From a virus: a stretch of DNA of 64,000 bases. Location: the IMG/VR virus record IMGVR_UViG_2571042447_000001; one strand, given 5' to 3'. Positions 21,209 through 30,635 of the stretch are shown here, one piece after another. Under the pieces are notes generated by a model, which was not told the origin of the DNA, made no database searches, and was given only the letters and a program-made list of their open reading frames with translations. Positions within the stretch are counted from its first letter, which is position 1; the number at the start of each line of letters is the position of its first letter. The position numbers were made by a program, and so were the translations under genes.

Positions 21209-21445
21209 GCTATGTGCCAACTATTGCAATTAATAGGCCTGAGGGTGACCCTGGGCAATCCTGGGGCCATTCTAGGCACTATGTACCCATAGTGCCTCAT
21301 GGCCCTGAGAATTGATCTCAGGGCCAGGGTCACCCTTCCTGAGGTTGACCAGTGATGCAGTGCAGCCATAGGGGCAGTTCACAACCCTGGGAGGTCTATC
21401 AGGTCCACAGAAATGCCCCTAAAAAATGCACCCCTACCTGCAGAG

Positions 21446-21475
21446 TTGACAGACTATGCCCCCATAGGGCAAACT
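21446..21475 (+). promoter_or_regulatory. SigA-like promoter (rightward) with operator in the spacer
   Basis: TTGACA-N18-CAAACT; the spacer is GACTAT-GCCCCC-ATAGGG. Confidence 0.65.
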
Positions 21476-21750
21476 ATGTCCCAGCAAGCCAGTAGGGGCC
21501 AGCAACACAGGCCAGCTGGCAAGCAATCTGGATACCAGCTCAGAGTCTGGAAAACCTCAGTGTTGGTCTGTCCCAACAACTTCATATCGTCACAAGCCTG
21601 AATGCCGGCTCTTGGGAACCCTGAATAGGCCAGGGAAGAAACCCTCGAGCACATGATCTTTGAGAACTCAATAGCGTGAGACACCCACAACCACAAGGCA
21701 GCAATGCCCAATGGTGTTGCTGCCAATGATCCCTCGGAAAGGGGACCATT

Positions 21751-22350
21751 ATGTCCAGCAAGTCCACCGAAGCGTATGTCCCAGTTTTCAAGACTGAGAC
21801 CCTTCCGGACGACTTCACGAACGTGCTCGGAGCGATGCTCCTCATGGGCTGGAGTTACACCGTCGAACACAGCGTGGTCAACGAGGTGGTTGCGCGGATC
21901 ACCGTCCGCGCACACAAGGTCAAAGCCGACGGATCTCCCGAAGGTAAGGCCCGTGAAATCCAACTCGTATGGGAACACGTCGGTGGTGAATGGTTCTGCA
22001 TCGCAGAACAAACCGGGTACCTCAAGAAGAAGATCGGCGCCGACGGCGCAGCGATCGACTTCAAGAGTTCTGATCTGCTGATCAACTACCTGGGCAATCA
22101 CACCGCTGAATGGATGTTCAATCCGATCGAGCCCCAAAGCCGAAGCGTAAGAGCCGGCAGAAGGCAATCGGTGACGGAAAGAACGCCGGCCAGCAGACCA
22201 TCGACCTCGACGATGACGGCGATGACGCTCCCCAATCGGGAGTCACCGCGGAAGAAGTCATCGAAGAGTGACCATCGTTCGACAGTGGGCTCCGGCGAGC
22301 TGGCACTCGCCGGAGCAAGGGTGGGCACCCGTCCCCGGTGCCCACCCTGA
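21751..22350 (+). CDS. Hypothetical protein (true 3' end uncertain)
   Basis: First long rightward ORF after island 1; GGGGA RBS. Confidence 0.5.
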   Translation: MSSKSTEAYVPVFKTETLPDDFTNVLGAMLLMGWSYTVEHSVVNEVVARITVRAHKVKADGSPEGKAREIQLVWEHVGGEWFCIAEQTGYLKKKIGADGAAIDFKSSDLLINYLGNHTAEWMFNPIEPQSRSVRAGRRQSVTERTPASRPSTSTMTAMTLPNRESPRKKSSKSDHRSTVGSGELALAGARVGTRPRCPP

Positions 22351-22394
22351 CGTTCGGAATTCACCCTCAGTCTCGAAAGGTCAGGACACGCACA

Positions 22395-23147
22395 ATGGTT
22401 GACAACAAGATGCTCAACAGGATCAAGGGTCTGTTCGCAAAGGCGGATTCGGTCGAAGGTACACCCGAGGCTGATACGTTGCGCGAGAAGGCATTCGAAC
22501 TCCTGGCGAAGTACGGCATCGACGAAGCAATGGCCCGTGGTTCTGCCGGTTCCGGCAACGTGGATGGCGACACAATGAAGGCGGTAACGTTCACCTACAC
22601 CGGTGACCGGTTCGGCTACGAGAAGATGTATCTGGTCAATCGCGTATCCAAGTCCCTGCATTGCGACGCCGTTCAACTGCATGGTGAGCATGTGTTGCAG
22701 ATTTTCGGGCTGTCCCGTCATCTCGAGCGCGTGAAGTTCTTGATCCAACTCCTGATGCCGCAGCTGCTTTCGTCTGCAACGCAGGCAATTCCAGCGAATC
22801 CGTTCGCGGGGCGGGATCCGAAGGATTCAGCCCGTATCACGGCAGAACACCGCGCGGAGTTCATGATCGGGTTCGCGGACCGCATCGGTTCCCGTATCCA
22901 AGAGAGCGAGGACAATGCGGCGTCGACGTACGACCGTGAGAACGGCGGCACCGGAGCATCTCTGATGCTCAAGAGCGACTTCGATCGAGCGCAGGCAGCG
23001 ATGTACAAGAAGTACGCCGGAATGATCGGCCAGGGTCGCGGGCGCTCCGTCGGCCGCGGCGAAGGTTACCGAGCCGGCCATGCAGCAGGTGACCGTGCCG
23101 ACGTAGGGAACACCCGCGTCGGCGCCGGAAGGCAGGCCATCGGGTAA
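22395..23147 (+). CDS. DUF2786-domain protein
   Basis: N-terminal RIKGLFAKA...EA...KAFELLAKYGID signature. Confidence 0.75.
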   Translation: MVDNKMLNRIKGLFAKADSVEGTPEADTLREKAFELLAKYGIDEAMARGSAGSGNVDGDTMKAVTFTYTGDRFGYEKMYLVNRVSKSLHCDAVQLHGEHVLQIFGLSRHLERVKFLIQLLMPQLLSSATQAIPANPFAGRDPKDSARITAEHRAEFMIGFADRIGSRIQESEDNAASTYDRENGGTGASLMLKSDFDRAQAAMYKKYAGMIGQGRGRSVGRGEGYRAGHAAGDRADVGNTRVGAGRQAIG

Positions 23148-23155
23148 GTCGATCA

Positions 23156-23187
23156 GGCCCCACACCGGCGAGGTGTGCGGGCCTTTT
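23156..23187 (+). terminator. Intrinsic terminator
   Basis: GGCCC-CACACC...GGTGTG-CGGGCC followed by TTTT, right after the DUF2786 stop. Confidence 0.7.
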
Positions 23188-23443
23188 CGGCTACCCTCAC
23201 GAAGCTGTTGAATGATGCAAGCATCATGCAGCATATCCGCAGGTCAAACCCTTAGAATGCGCTCTCGAGGTGTCGCCGCGGCGAAGGACCCCAAGTCCGA
23301 AGGGTCGGATTTTTCGGTGTCGGCGGCAGGTGGTCTAATTCCACCGGGAGAGACACCTGTGGTTCAGGCCACACCTTCCCTGGGTGCCCGACCTGATGTC
23401 CCCTCAAACAAACGAACACGCGCGATCACGGAGTACCCAACCC

Positions 23444-23725
23444 ATGCGAAACGACACGCATCTGCCCGCAGTTCCGAGCCATCCCCCGTCGGAGGAGGCT
23501 CCCGTCACCGTCCTGAGCACACTCGGGTGTGAAGTGACCGTCACCTCGGATTGCATCGACGAAGCCCCGCTGGTGACCTTGGCCGCGACCATGCCTCACG
23601 GGCTCGTCGACCTGTCCCCCAAAGCCGCGCGCACACTCGCGTCAGCTCTCACACGTCATGCCGACCACTCGGAGCGACTCGTTTCGAAGTCCGCTCCGAC
23701 CGTACGAATATCGACGATCCCATGA
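23444..23725 (+). CDS. Hypothetical protein
   Basis: ORF with upstream GGAG; plausible protein composition. Confidence 0.4.
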   Translation: MRNDTHLPAVPSHPPSEEAPVTVLSTLGCEVTVTSDCIDEAPLVTLAATMPHGLVDLSPKAARTLASALTRHADHSERLVSKSAPTVRISTIP

Positions 23726-23802
23726 GAACATCCACAGCTGCCGCGACTATGGCCCCATCACGAAGATTGCGGCCCCGAAGGATCGTGACTACGATCCCGG
23801 AC

Positions 23803-24672
23803 ATGGTATCGAGGAAGAACATCGACGCATTGACCGCTCTCGGCGAACGCCGGCGGGAGCTGCGTGCGGAACTCGAGGTAGTCGAAGAGAGCATCAACAA
23901 GAGCCTGAAAAAGGTGTACCCGGAAGGGTGGACCTGGGATGAGATCACCGAAGCATCCAGCCTGTCGCTCTACACTCTGAGACTGCGCTTGAACAAGCTC
24001 GGCCTTATCAATTCCGATAAGGCCTCTCCTCGGCCCCGTACCAAAGAGGTCGCACAGGAACGCAAGTCACAGGCGCGGAAGAACCGCATAGAAAAGGCTG
24101 ATCACCGGCCCTCTGGACGAGTGAAGGTTGTGACGATGACTCAGCCCCCGCCGAACGGTGGCTATCCCCATCCAGGAGCAGATCCGCGTCAACCCGGCGT
24201 CAACCCGCCGGTAGGGGCAGATCCGCACGCGCCGTACGGGTACGGACAGCCTTCGGGCGCGTATCCGCAGCAGCCGCAGCAAAACTGGTCGGGACAGCCT
24301 GCCGGCTATCCGGTGCCCCAGCCTCCGAAGAAGAGGAAGCGGTGGCCGTGGATTCTCGGCGGGGTCGTCGTCTTGTTCGTGGCGCTCGTCGTGATCTTCT
24401 CGCTGACGTCTCCGACACGCACGAGTCGGGTCGAGAACGCCGTTCAGGCTTGCCAGGACACTGTTTCTGATCGGTTGTCGGCGCCGGCCTCGGCGAAGTT
24501 CACGGCAGATCCGGCAGTGCGCGAGGATCCGACAGACACGTGGACGATTTCCGGTGGTGTCGACAGTCAGAACGCCCTCGGTGCAGTGTTGCGCGCGAAC
24601 TACGAGTGCAACGTGCAGTTCATGGGCGACTCGAAGTACAGCGTTGAGATCACGTCGATGACTCAGCAGTAG
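23803..24672 (+). CDS. HTH-like N-terminal region in frame with a Pro/Gln-rich single-pass membrane protein (may be two genes; second start at 24136)
   Basis: EGWTWDEITEASSLSLYTL (HTH-like); KKRKRWPWILGGVVVLFVALVVIF transmembrane segment; extracellular ACQDTV...YEC domain. Confidence 0.6.
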   Translation: MVSRKNIDALTALGERRRELRAELEVVEESINKSLKKVYPEGWTWDEITEASSLSLYTLRLRLNKLGLINSDKASPRPRTKEVAQERKSQARKNRIEKADHRPSGRVKVVTMTQPPPNGGYPHPGADPRQPGVNPPVGADPHAPYGYGQPSGAYPQQPQQNWSGQPAGYPVPQPPKKRKRWPWILGGVVVLFVALVVIFSLTSPTRTSRVENAVQACQDTVSDRLSAPASAKFTADPAVREDPTDTWTISGGVDSQNALGAVLRANYECNVQFMGDSKYSVEITSMTQQ

Positions 24673-25696
24673 TCGTCAGCCCGGGCCGACCGGGTTTTTC
24701 CCTTTCCGTTCCCCGACCCACATGCCGAACACCACGCGGTAGTACTTGGAGGCAAGGCCTTTCGCGTGGCGTTCGGACATGTGTTTGCGCAGGTGGGCGA
24801 CCAATCGGGTCCATGCGCCGTCTGGCGTGGAGGCCCACTTTGCGAGGCCTTCTGCGCTGCTGGTCCAGTACTGCAGGAACGGGTCACGACGTGGTGATTG
24901 CATCGTCTCCCCCGTTTCCTTCTTCGGTTGGTTGGCCGGGCAGCAACACCTCACCCATTGAACGGTGGGCATGTCGTGGGTGCGCTTCGCTCCCGGCCCT
25001 GGCTGACTCGTGCCAGGGCCGGGTGACGTTGACAAGCCGATCCTCGAGGTCGAGGGGTTCGGCATCCGGCCAAGTTTGTGCCTTCGCGTGTGTTCGGTCC
25101 GCGAGGAGTGAGTCGATTCTGCGACTGAGTATCTGGTGAAATCGTCGGTCGGGCGCTCGTCGTCGGAGTTCGACTACTCGGCTGAGAAGCCTGTCGATGT
25201 CACCGATGGTTCGGGCGGTCATTGTTCCGCGCCAGGTACTGTCGCATCTGTTCTGCCTGACCAGGCTGCCGACCGAAGGTCAGGATAGGGACTTTCGGCA
25301 CATTAGGTACGTGTCCATAGTCCCGATTCTGAGGTCGCGTTGGTACTGGGTCGAGTCGATAGGCGATGCGTCGCAACCAATTCGAGAGTCTTCGCTTCAT
25401 GCCCACCTCGTCTCGTTTGTGTGCCCCGACCGCATCCCGAGGTAGCGGAAACGTGCGGTCGGGGCGAAGCCCTCGGCGCTGCTGGCTGGCTGCATCCTGA
25501 GGGAGTCTGGGTGCGGCAATGCCCGGACGCCGACCGTGAGTGGCGTCCGGGCATTGCCCGCTATTCGGTTGTGCCCCGGTCTGCATCTACGTTCCGGAGA
25601 GCGTGGCTACAGTGACCCGAATGGCCTAGGGAGTACCGGAGAATTTGGGACCGGATTTTTCGACACGTGTCCCGCGAGAGACAGAGTAGACGCTGT

Positions 25697-26191
25697 CTAC
25701 GCGGGTTGTCTAGTTCGCGCTGGAATGAGTTTGCTGACTCGCGTGACGGCGATCCCTGTCCGCTTGATCAAGCCAGGTCGAGCAAACTCCCCCGCTTCGA
25801 TCAGCGATTCGATTCTCGACCACGGAACGATCTTCCGGAAGGCTGCGCATTGCGAGGAATAGTTCGGTCCCGCCGCCTTTATCGCATCGATTCCCCGCTC
25901 GAGCACAGCGCGCTCCTCACCCAGCGCCTCGGCGAGCCACAGTAGACCTGGGGCGCAGCGTAAATGGTTGTAGGCGAACTTCGCGTCGCGGTCTGTGTGC
26001 TTCCGGTTGTAGGCACCGGGGGTGTTGTACTCGCCCCAGAAGCCGAGCAGGTGCTCTTTCTGCGAGGAGTACCAGACTGTACTGAACCAGCGATACATTT
26101 CGTAGGCGTCCGTCATCGGCTGTGCAGCCTGCAGACCTTCAATGACTTTCAGCAGCTCCGGGATCTTCACATCCGCCTCCGTATGAGTCAA
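25697..26191 (-). CDS. Hypothetical protein
   Basis: 164-aa ORF with protein-like composition (WYSSQKEHLLGFW, LLWLAEALG). Confidence 0.65.
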   Translation of the reverse strand: MTHTEADVKIPELLKVIEGLQAAQPMTDAYEMYRWFSTVWYSSQKEHLLGFWGEYNTPGAYNRKHTDRDAKFAYNHLRCAPGLLWLAEALGEERAVLERGIDAIKAAGPNYSSQCAAFRKIVPWSRIESLIEAGEFARPGLIKRTGIAVTRVSKLIPARTRQPA

Positions 26192-26212
26192 AGTCCTACT
26201 CTACCGTCGGAT

Positions 26213-26968
26213 TTAAGCGTCTACGGCGAGTCTCGCCGCCCACTTGTGGTCGAGCAGGTCGAACGCTGACAGCTGGTGGCCGAAACGGTAAGTTTCCCAG
26301 TTCTCCGGCGACAGGACGGGACCGCCGCCATCGCCTCGTAGCCACTCCATGCCGTGCTTCCACTGCTCATCGTTCGTGAGGTCGTACCACTCGTCTCCGT
26401 CAGCGGACGGCGAGCGCCAGGTCGACGCGGATTGATTCGGAAACTGATCGCACACGCTGTACGACATGACGACGGGTTCGTCGTCGCGCCGTCGGAGCAT
26501 CGCCGCCACTTCTTCCCACCCCACCTGCTGCCGAAGGACGAGTTCCGCGCGCCCGGTCTCGATGATCCCGGCCAACCATGCCCGGTGTTCTCCTTCGACG
26601 CGTGCGTGGATCTCACACTGGGCGTGCAGTCGGGCCAAGAGCCGTAAGGCATCTGTTCCTGCTGCCAGGACCGTGTTGAGTACCAAGTCCCACGAGTCGA
26701 CTGGCACTCCGTCTCTGACGATGATCGGCTTGTCGCCGAGCCAATGCGAAGTCATCTCGCGTCGAAGGTGCTCGCGCCACGTTGCTCGGTTGGTCCCCAG
26801 GTCTTTCAGTGGGTGCGCCGGGTCTATCAGTTCATTGATCCACTTCTCCCCGACGACGGCGAAGAACGTCGAGAAGCCGATCTGGTCGGTAACCACGCCG
26901 GCATAGGCGCGTTCGGTCCCGCGTAGCTCGGCGGTATCGGTGGGCGAGTGAAAGTAGACGCGGCTCAT
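26213..26968 (-). CDS. Hypothetical protein
   Basis: 251-aa ORF, AAGGA RBS, 4-bp overlap with the upstream gene. Confidence 0.7.
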   Translation of the reverse strand: MSRVYFHSPTDTAELRGTERAYAGVVTDQIGFSTFFAVVGEKWINELIDPAHPLKDLGTNRATWREHLRREMTSHWLGDKPIIVRDGVPVDSWDLVLNTVLAAGTDALRLLARLHAQCEIHARVEGEHRAWLAGIIETGRAELVLRQQVGWEEVAAMLRRRDDEPVVMSYSVCDQFPNQSASTWRSPSADGDEWYDLTNDEQWKHGMEWLRGDGGGPVLSPENWETYRFGHQLSAFDLLDHKWAARLAVDA

Positions 26969-27326
26969 TGGATTCCTTGGTTGAGTTCGATCGAGTTGGG
27001 CGGGTGTCGAAGTCCGGGTGTTTGTGGGCGAACTCGAGGAGAGCGAAAGCGTGCCAGGCTACGGCCACCATGTGAGGTGACCCGGTCTCCTCGTCGGTGT
27101 CCTCTCCGTTCCAGAACGCCCAGAGGTGCCGGTTGAGCGCTGCATACGAGAGGTGCCATCCGTAGCCGCGTTCCCAATTTCGCTCCGCGTACTTCTCGGC
27201 CCCACGGCCGTAGTGCCGCGCAAGGAGTCGGAGTGGTTCAGCGGGGATGAGGTCGTAGCGTTCGAGTTTGGAGCCTTTCTCGGCTCCGGTCGACGAGACA
27301 AGTCTCGTCTCGGTGGGGTCGGCCAT
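26965..27326 (-). CDS. dATP/dGTP diphosphohydrolase domain protein (DUF5664-like); probable frameshift near 26997
   Basis: RYDLIP, YGRGAEKYAERNWERG, AALNRHLWAFWNGEDTDEETGSPH..AVAW signature. Confidence 0.8.
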
Positions 27327-27329
27327 TGA

Positions 27330-27965
27330 TCAGTCCTTGGTTCGGCGGTATCGGTACTCGTGGAGGTACGCGGATTTGACGGCGCGGCACGGGGCGCATC
27401 GGCATCCGAAAACTTGGTAGGCGCTGACCTTTCCGTGCGGTGCGGCCTGGTGATACGGGCGTCCGTCCCGGAGGACGCGTTCTCGGTGGCGACGCAGCAT
27501 TCTCAGTCGGTTGCGGATTTGCGGGGTGTACGGCAGCGGCAGCGCCTCGAGGCGTGCAAGTTCCGGTGTCATTTTGCTGCTGTCGAAGCACAACTCGCAG
27601 AGACCGTTTCGGCCGGCGAGGGTGAATGCGCGGCCGAAGGGGATTACGATTCGCGGTTCGCCGCATTCGTCGCACGGGGTTGGGGTGAACTGGTCCGCTG
27701 GTCCGACTGGTCGCGGGTTCACTGGCGCGGGACGAGGGGTCCTCTTCTTCTGCGGTTTGCGCGCGGCCGTCCGTTTCCGCTTCGGCGGCTTGGGTTCCGA
27801 GGTGGATACGCGAGGTCGGGGCGGTGGGGTGTATCCGGCGGGTTCAGCGAGAATCCGGCGCGCGGGTTCCGACAATACGGAAGGCGCGGTCGGTGTTGGC
27901 CGCTGGGAGATTCTGTCCTCCCGTCGGCATGCCGGGCACAGGCCACACAAGCAGGCATCGTTCAT
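27330..27965 (-). CDS. Hypothetical Cys-rich (Zn-binding) protein; start approximate
   Basis: CGLCPAC, CDECG, CELC and HG...Y...GCRCAPC motifs. Confidence 0.5.
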   Translation of the reverse strand: MNDACLCGLCPACRREDRISQRPTPTAPSVLSEPARRILAEPAGYTPPPRPRVSTSEPKPPKRKRTAARKPQKKRTPRPAPVNPRPVGPADQFTPTPCDECGEPRIVIPFGRAFTLAGRNGLCELCFDSSKMTPELARLEALPLPYTPQIRNRLRMLRRHRERVLRDGRPYHQAAPHGKVSAYQVFGCRCAPCRAVKSAYLHEYRYRRTKD

Positions 27966-28059
27966 CTGTTGTCGAATCCTTCGGTGAGCACCACCCACGC
28001 GATGTAGACGAGGGCGGCGAATGTGACGGCGGCTGCCGCGAGTGCCGCGATCATCTGCT

Positions 28060-28595
28060 TCATGCGGCATCAACTTCGGCGAGGATGCGAGCGATGTCAG
28101 GGGCGAAGTAGTTCGGGCCTTTGAGGATCTTGCCGTCGGCGCGGTAGATCGGCTTACCGTCGAGGCCGAGTTTGCTCATGTTCGATGCGTGAACTTCGGT
28201 GAACACGGCAGCGAACGGGATGCCCGCTGTGTCGGCGTGGGTCCGGACCTGGACCTGGATGACGGAGAGCGCGAGGTGTGCTCGATGAGTGTGCGTGCGT
28301 TGCGGTACTTTTCGACTGCGTCGTCGAGAGTTCCGTCGAAGGTTTTGTTCGCCCAGTACGGCAGACCGTGCACCCACATGGTGCCGTGTGCGATGTACGC
28401 GATGTCGGCGAGCGCGTCTGCGATTTCGATGCGGTCGTTTGCGGCCTCGGCTGCTCGTAGTTCGTCGTATTCCTCGAGGAGCAACCGGATGCGGAGTTCG
28501 CGGGTTTTCTGGTCGCGCCAGGTCGGCATCAACGCGACGGGGTGGCCGAAGGCGCGGTGGAACTCGGCGACGAGGAGATGTTGGTCGGCGCTCAT
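28060..28595 (-). CDS. MazG-like nucleotide pyrophosphohydrolase (apparent frameshift near 28280)
   Basis: VAEFHRAFG, LLLEEYDEL, IADALADIAYI, EVHASNMSK and DGKILKGPNY motifs. Confidence 0.8.
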
Positions 28596-29185
28596 GCTGT
28601 TGCTCTTTCTACGATCATGTCGACGACGGTTTCGATGTTGACCGGCGTGAGGTTCCAGGCGTCGAGTCCGACGTGCAGGGAGCGGGGGCCGGTCCACTGC
28701 TCGGTGCAGTGCAGATGGCCGTGTGCGAGGAAGTCGATGCCGTTATCGTGCAGTCGCACTTCCGGGAACCTTTCGATCTGGCCGCGATCGCCAGCTCCGA
28801 AGTATGGAAAGTGGGACAGCCAGAGTCGGTGCCCGGCCGCGCGTCGGTAGGCGAACGGCTGGATCGACGCGAACACTTCTCCGAAGATCCCTTGCCGCGT
28901 GTAGGCCTTCCGGTGCATCGGGTGCACGGAATCGTGGTTCCCTGCAACGAGATGCATTGTGAAGAACGGGGTGAACTGTTGCAGTTGGTCGAGTGCTGAC
29001 CGTTCGGACCCGGAGCCGCCGCTAGAGAGGTCACCGCAAATCCACAGGTGATCGTTTCGGTTGAGTGTGGTGGCGATGTTCGACAGGATTGTTCGGTCGT
29101 GCTCGTCGATGCTGTCGAAGCCGCGGAGTTTCGCGACCTTCGGATGTGCGAGGTGCAGGTCCGCGGTGAGCCAGATGTTGCTCAT
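28592..29185 (-). CDS. Calcineurin-like metallophosphoesterase
   Basis: DLHLAH, GD, GNHD, LSHFP and HGHLH motifs. Confidence 0.9.
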   Translation of the reverse strand: MSNIWLTADLHLAHPKVAKLRGFDSIDEHDRTILSNIATTLNRNDHLWICGDLSSGGSGSERSALDQLQQFTPFFTMHLVAGNHDSVHPMHRKAYTRQGIFGEVFASIQPFAYRRAAGHRLWLSHFPYFGAGDRGQIERFPEVRLHDNGIDFLAHGHLHCTEQWTGPRSLHVGLDAWNLTPVNIETVVDMIVERATA

Positions 29186-29509
29186 CGATAGGTGCTCCTT
29201 TACCGGTAGTGAGTGTGTTGGTCAGTCCCACCAGTCGGCGGGGTCGATGTGTCCGAACCATTCAGCGGTCACTACTCGGCGAAGGGTTCGGCGGATGCGA
29301 CCCCGCCACTGGCTCAACGTGTACCGGAGTCGGTCACGCGTCGGCATCCTGGTTGCTTTCGGGTCCGAGCGCGGTCAGCCAACCGATGAGGATGTTGAAC
29401 AGTCGAGGGTTCGGGAGGACTGTCGAGACGACGAATACGATGGCGAACACTGCCAGGATCGAGTTGCAGACCGATGCGGCGATGATGAAGAGATCGAAGA
29501 GTATCCCGA

Positions 29510-29770
29510 TCATTCGGCTTCCGGTCTCACTCGCGCTTCGATATTCACCTTGCGAACGAACAAAGTGAGCGTCACTTTCGCGACATCATGTCCGGGTACT
29601 TCAACGGAATCGACGGTGATGGACTGATCCACCGGGATCCGAAGGTGGCGGCCGTTGAGCAGGACCGTATTCGGCTTGACGATGCCGAGCGCGTTGACGG
29701 CGTCGAGTTCGTCCTGGTCGCGGACATATTCAATTAACTCGAGGTCGACGGTGCCGTATTGAGTACTCAT
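29510..29770 (-). CDS. Hypothetical protein
   Basis: 86-aa ORF translationally coupled to the TetR gene. Confidence 0.55.
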   Translation of the reverse strand: MSTQYGTVDLELIEYVRDQDELDAVNALGIVKPNTVLLNGRHLRIPVDQSITVDSVEVPGHDVAKVTLTLFVRKVNIEARVRPEAE

Positions 29771-30366
29771 GCTGCTTCTTTCAAGGGTCGGAGTCCGGCG
29801 AGGATCGCGTTGACTATTTCTGCGAAACGGTCAGTGAAGGTGAAGCCGCTGCCGGGGGTGACGAGGAACCCGATCAGCGCTGCGCAGATGCCGTTCCCGG
29901 CAAGCCGCGCGGCGGGAGTGTTGACGAGCTGGCCGGCGTCGACTGCATCGCAGATGCGTTCAGTGACAAGGCTGGTCCACGATTCGTAGCCGGTGTAGCT
30001 GGCGTCGATCTGTGTTTCGGTGCTCAGTTTCAGTCCGGCGCGTAGTTCCGGGTTTTTCGCGGCGGTGTCAGCGAGCTTGCTCACGAGGGTGGTGAGCGCG
30101 TCGAGTGGGTCGCCGTCGATGTCGTTGCTGATGTCTGTTGCGGCGTCGACCCACATGCCGATCAGTGCACCGGCGATCTCTTCCTTGGAGGCGAAGTGGT
30201 AGTAGATCGCACCTTTGGTGAGGAGCCCGGACTCGCAGACATCGTTGATGGTGGTCGCGGCGTAGCCATGGGTGTCGAAGAGGTGTGCTGCCTTGACAAG
30301 GATCTTGGTGCGAGTGCGTGCGGCGCGCTGCTGCCTACGCTTCTCAGTCACTGTTGCCGCGGTCAT
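29767..30366 (-). CDS. TetR-family regulator, ScbR/ArpA (butyrolactone receptor)-like
   Basis: QQRAARTRTKIL..AAHLFDTHGYAATTINDV...TKGAIYYHFASKEEIA HTH; C-terminal LRAGLKL...YESW...AGQL pattern. Confidence 0.8.
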   Translation of the reverse strand: MTAATVTEKRRQQRAARTRTKILVKAAHLFDTHGYAATTINDVCESGLLTKGAIYYHFASKEEIAGALIGMWVDAATDISNDIDGDPLDALTTLVSKLADTAAKNPELRAGLKLSTETQIDASYTGYESWTSLVTERICDAVDAGQLVNTPAARLAGNGICAALIGFLVTPGSGFTFTDRFAEIVNAILAGLRPLKEAA

Positions 30367-30635
30367 GGCAGTTCCGAGACGTGGATGATGTGCCCGGCAC
30401 TGCCGAGGTGGCCGTAGACAACTTCGTTATCGACTGGCAGTCCTGAGAACCCCGCGCGCATACCGTAGTTCATGGCTGCGAAATTGCCGTCAGCGACCAT
30501 CCAGGACATTCCGGCGGCGCGGTCCCACCAGTCTTCGATCCAGTACTCCCCTGCCCCGATCCCGGGGATGTCGATGGTGACGGCGGTCCCGGCTTGGGGG
30601 TGGCGGTCCGGGTGGATCGTTGATGCTGCAGTCAT
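30363..30635 (-). CDS. Hypothetical protein
   Basis: 90-aa ORF (YWIEDWWDR) with coupled overlaps. Confidence 0.65.
   Translation of the reverse strand: MTAASTIHPDRHPQAGTAVTIDIPGIGAGEYWIEDWWDRAAGMSWMVADGNFAAMNYGMRAGFSGLPVDNEVVYGHLGSAGHIIHVSELP

Noticed and set aside
25686-26224. 9-bp inverted repeat (GTAGACGCT/AGCGTCTAC) flanking the 25697-26191 gene as a mobile cassette
   Set aside because: The repeat is too short, no target duplication or transposase is present, and it could arise by chance.
26965-27326. Z-genome (2-aminoadenine) system suggested by the dATP/dGTP diphosphohydrolase
   Set aside because: No PurZ or dedicated polymerase is visible in the window, and the domain is common in ordinary phages.
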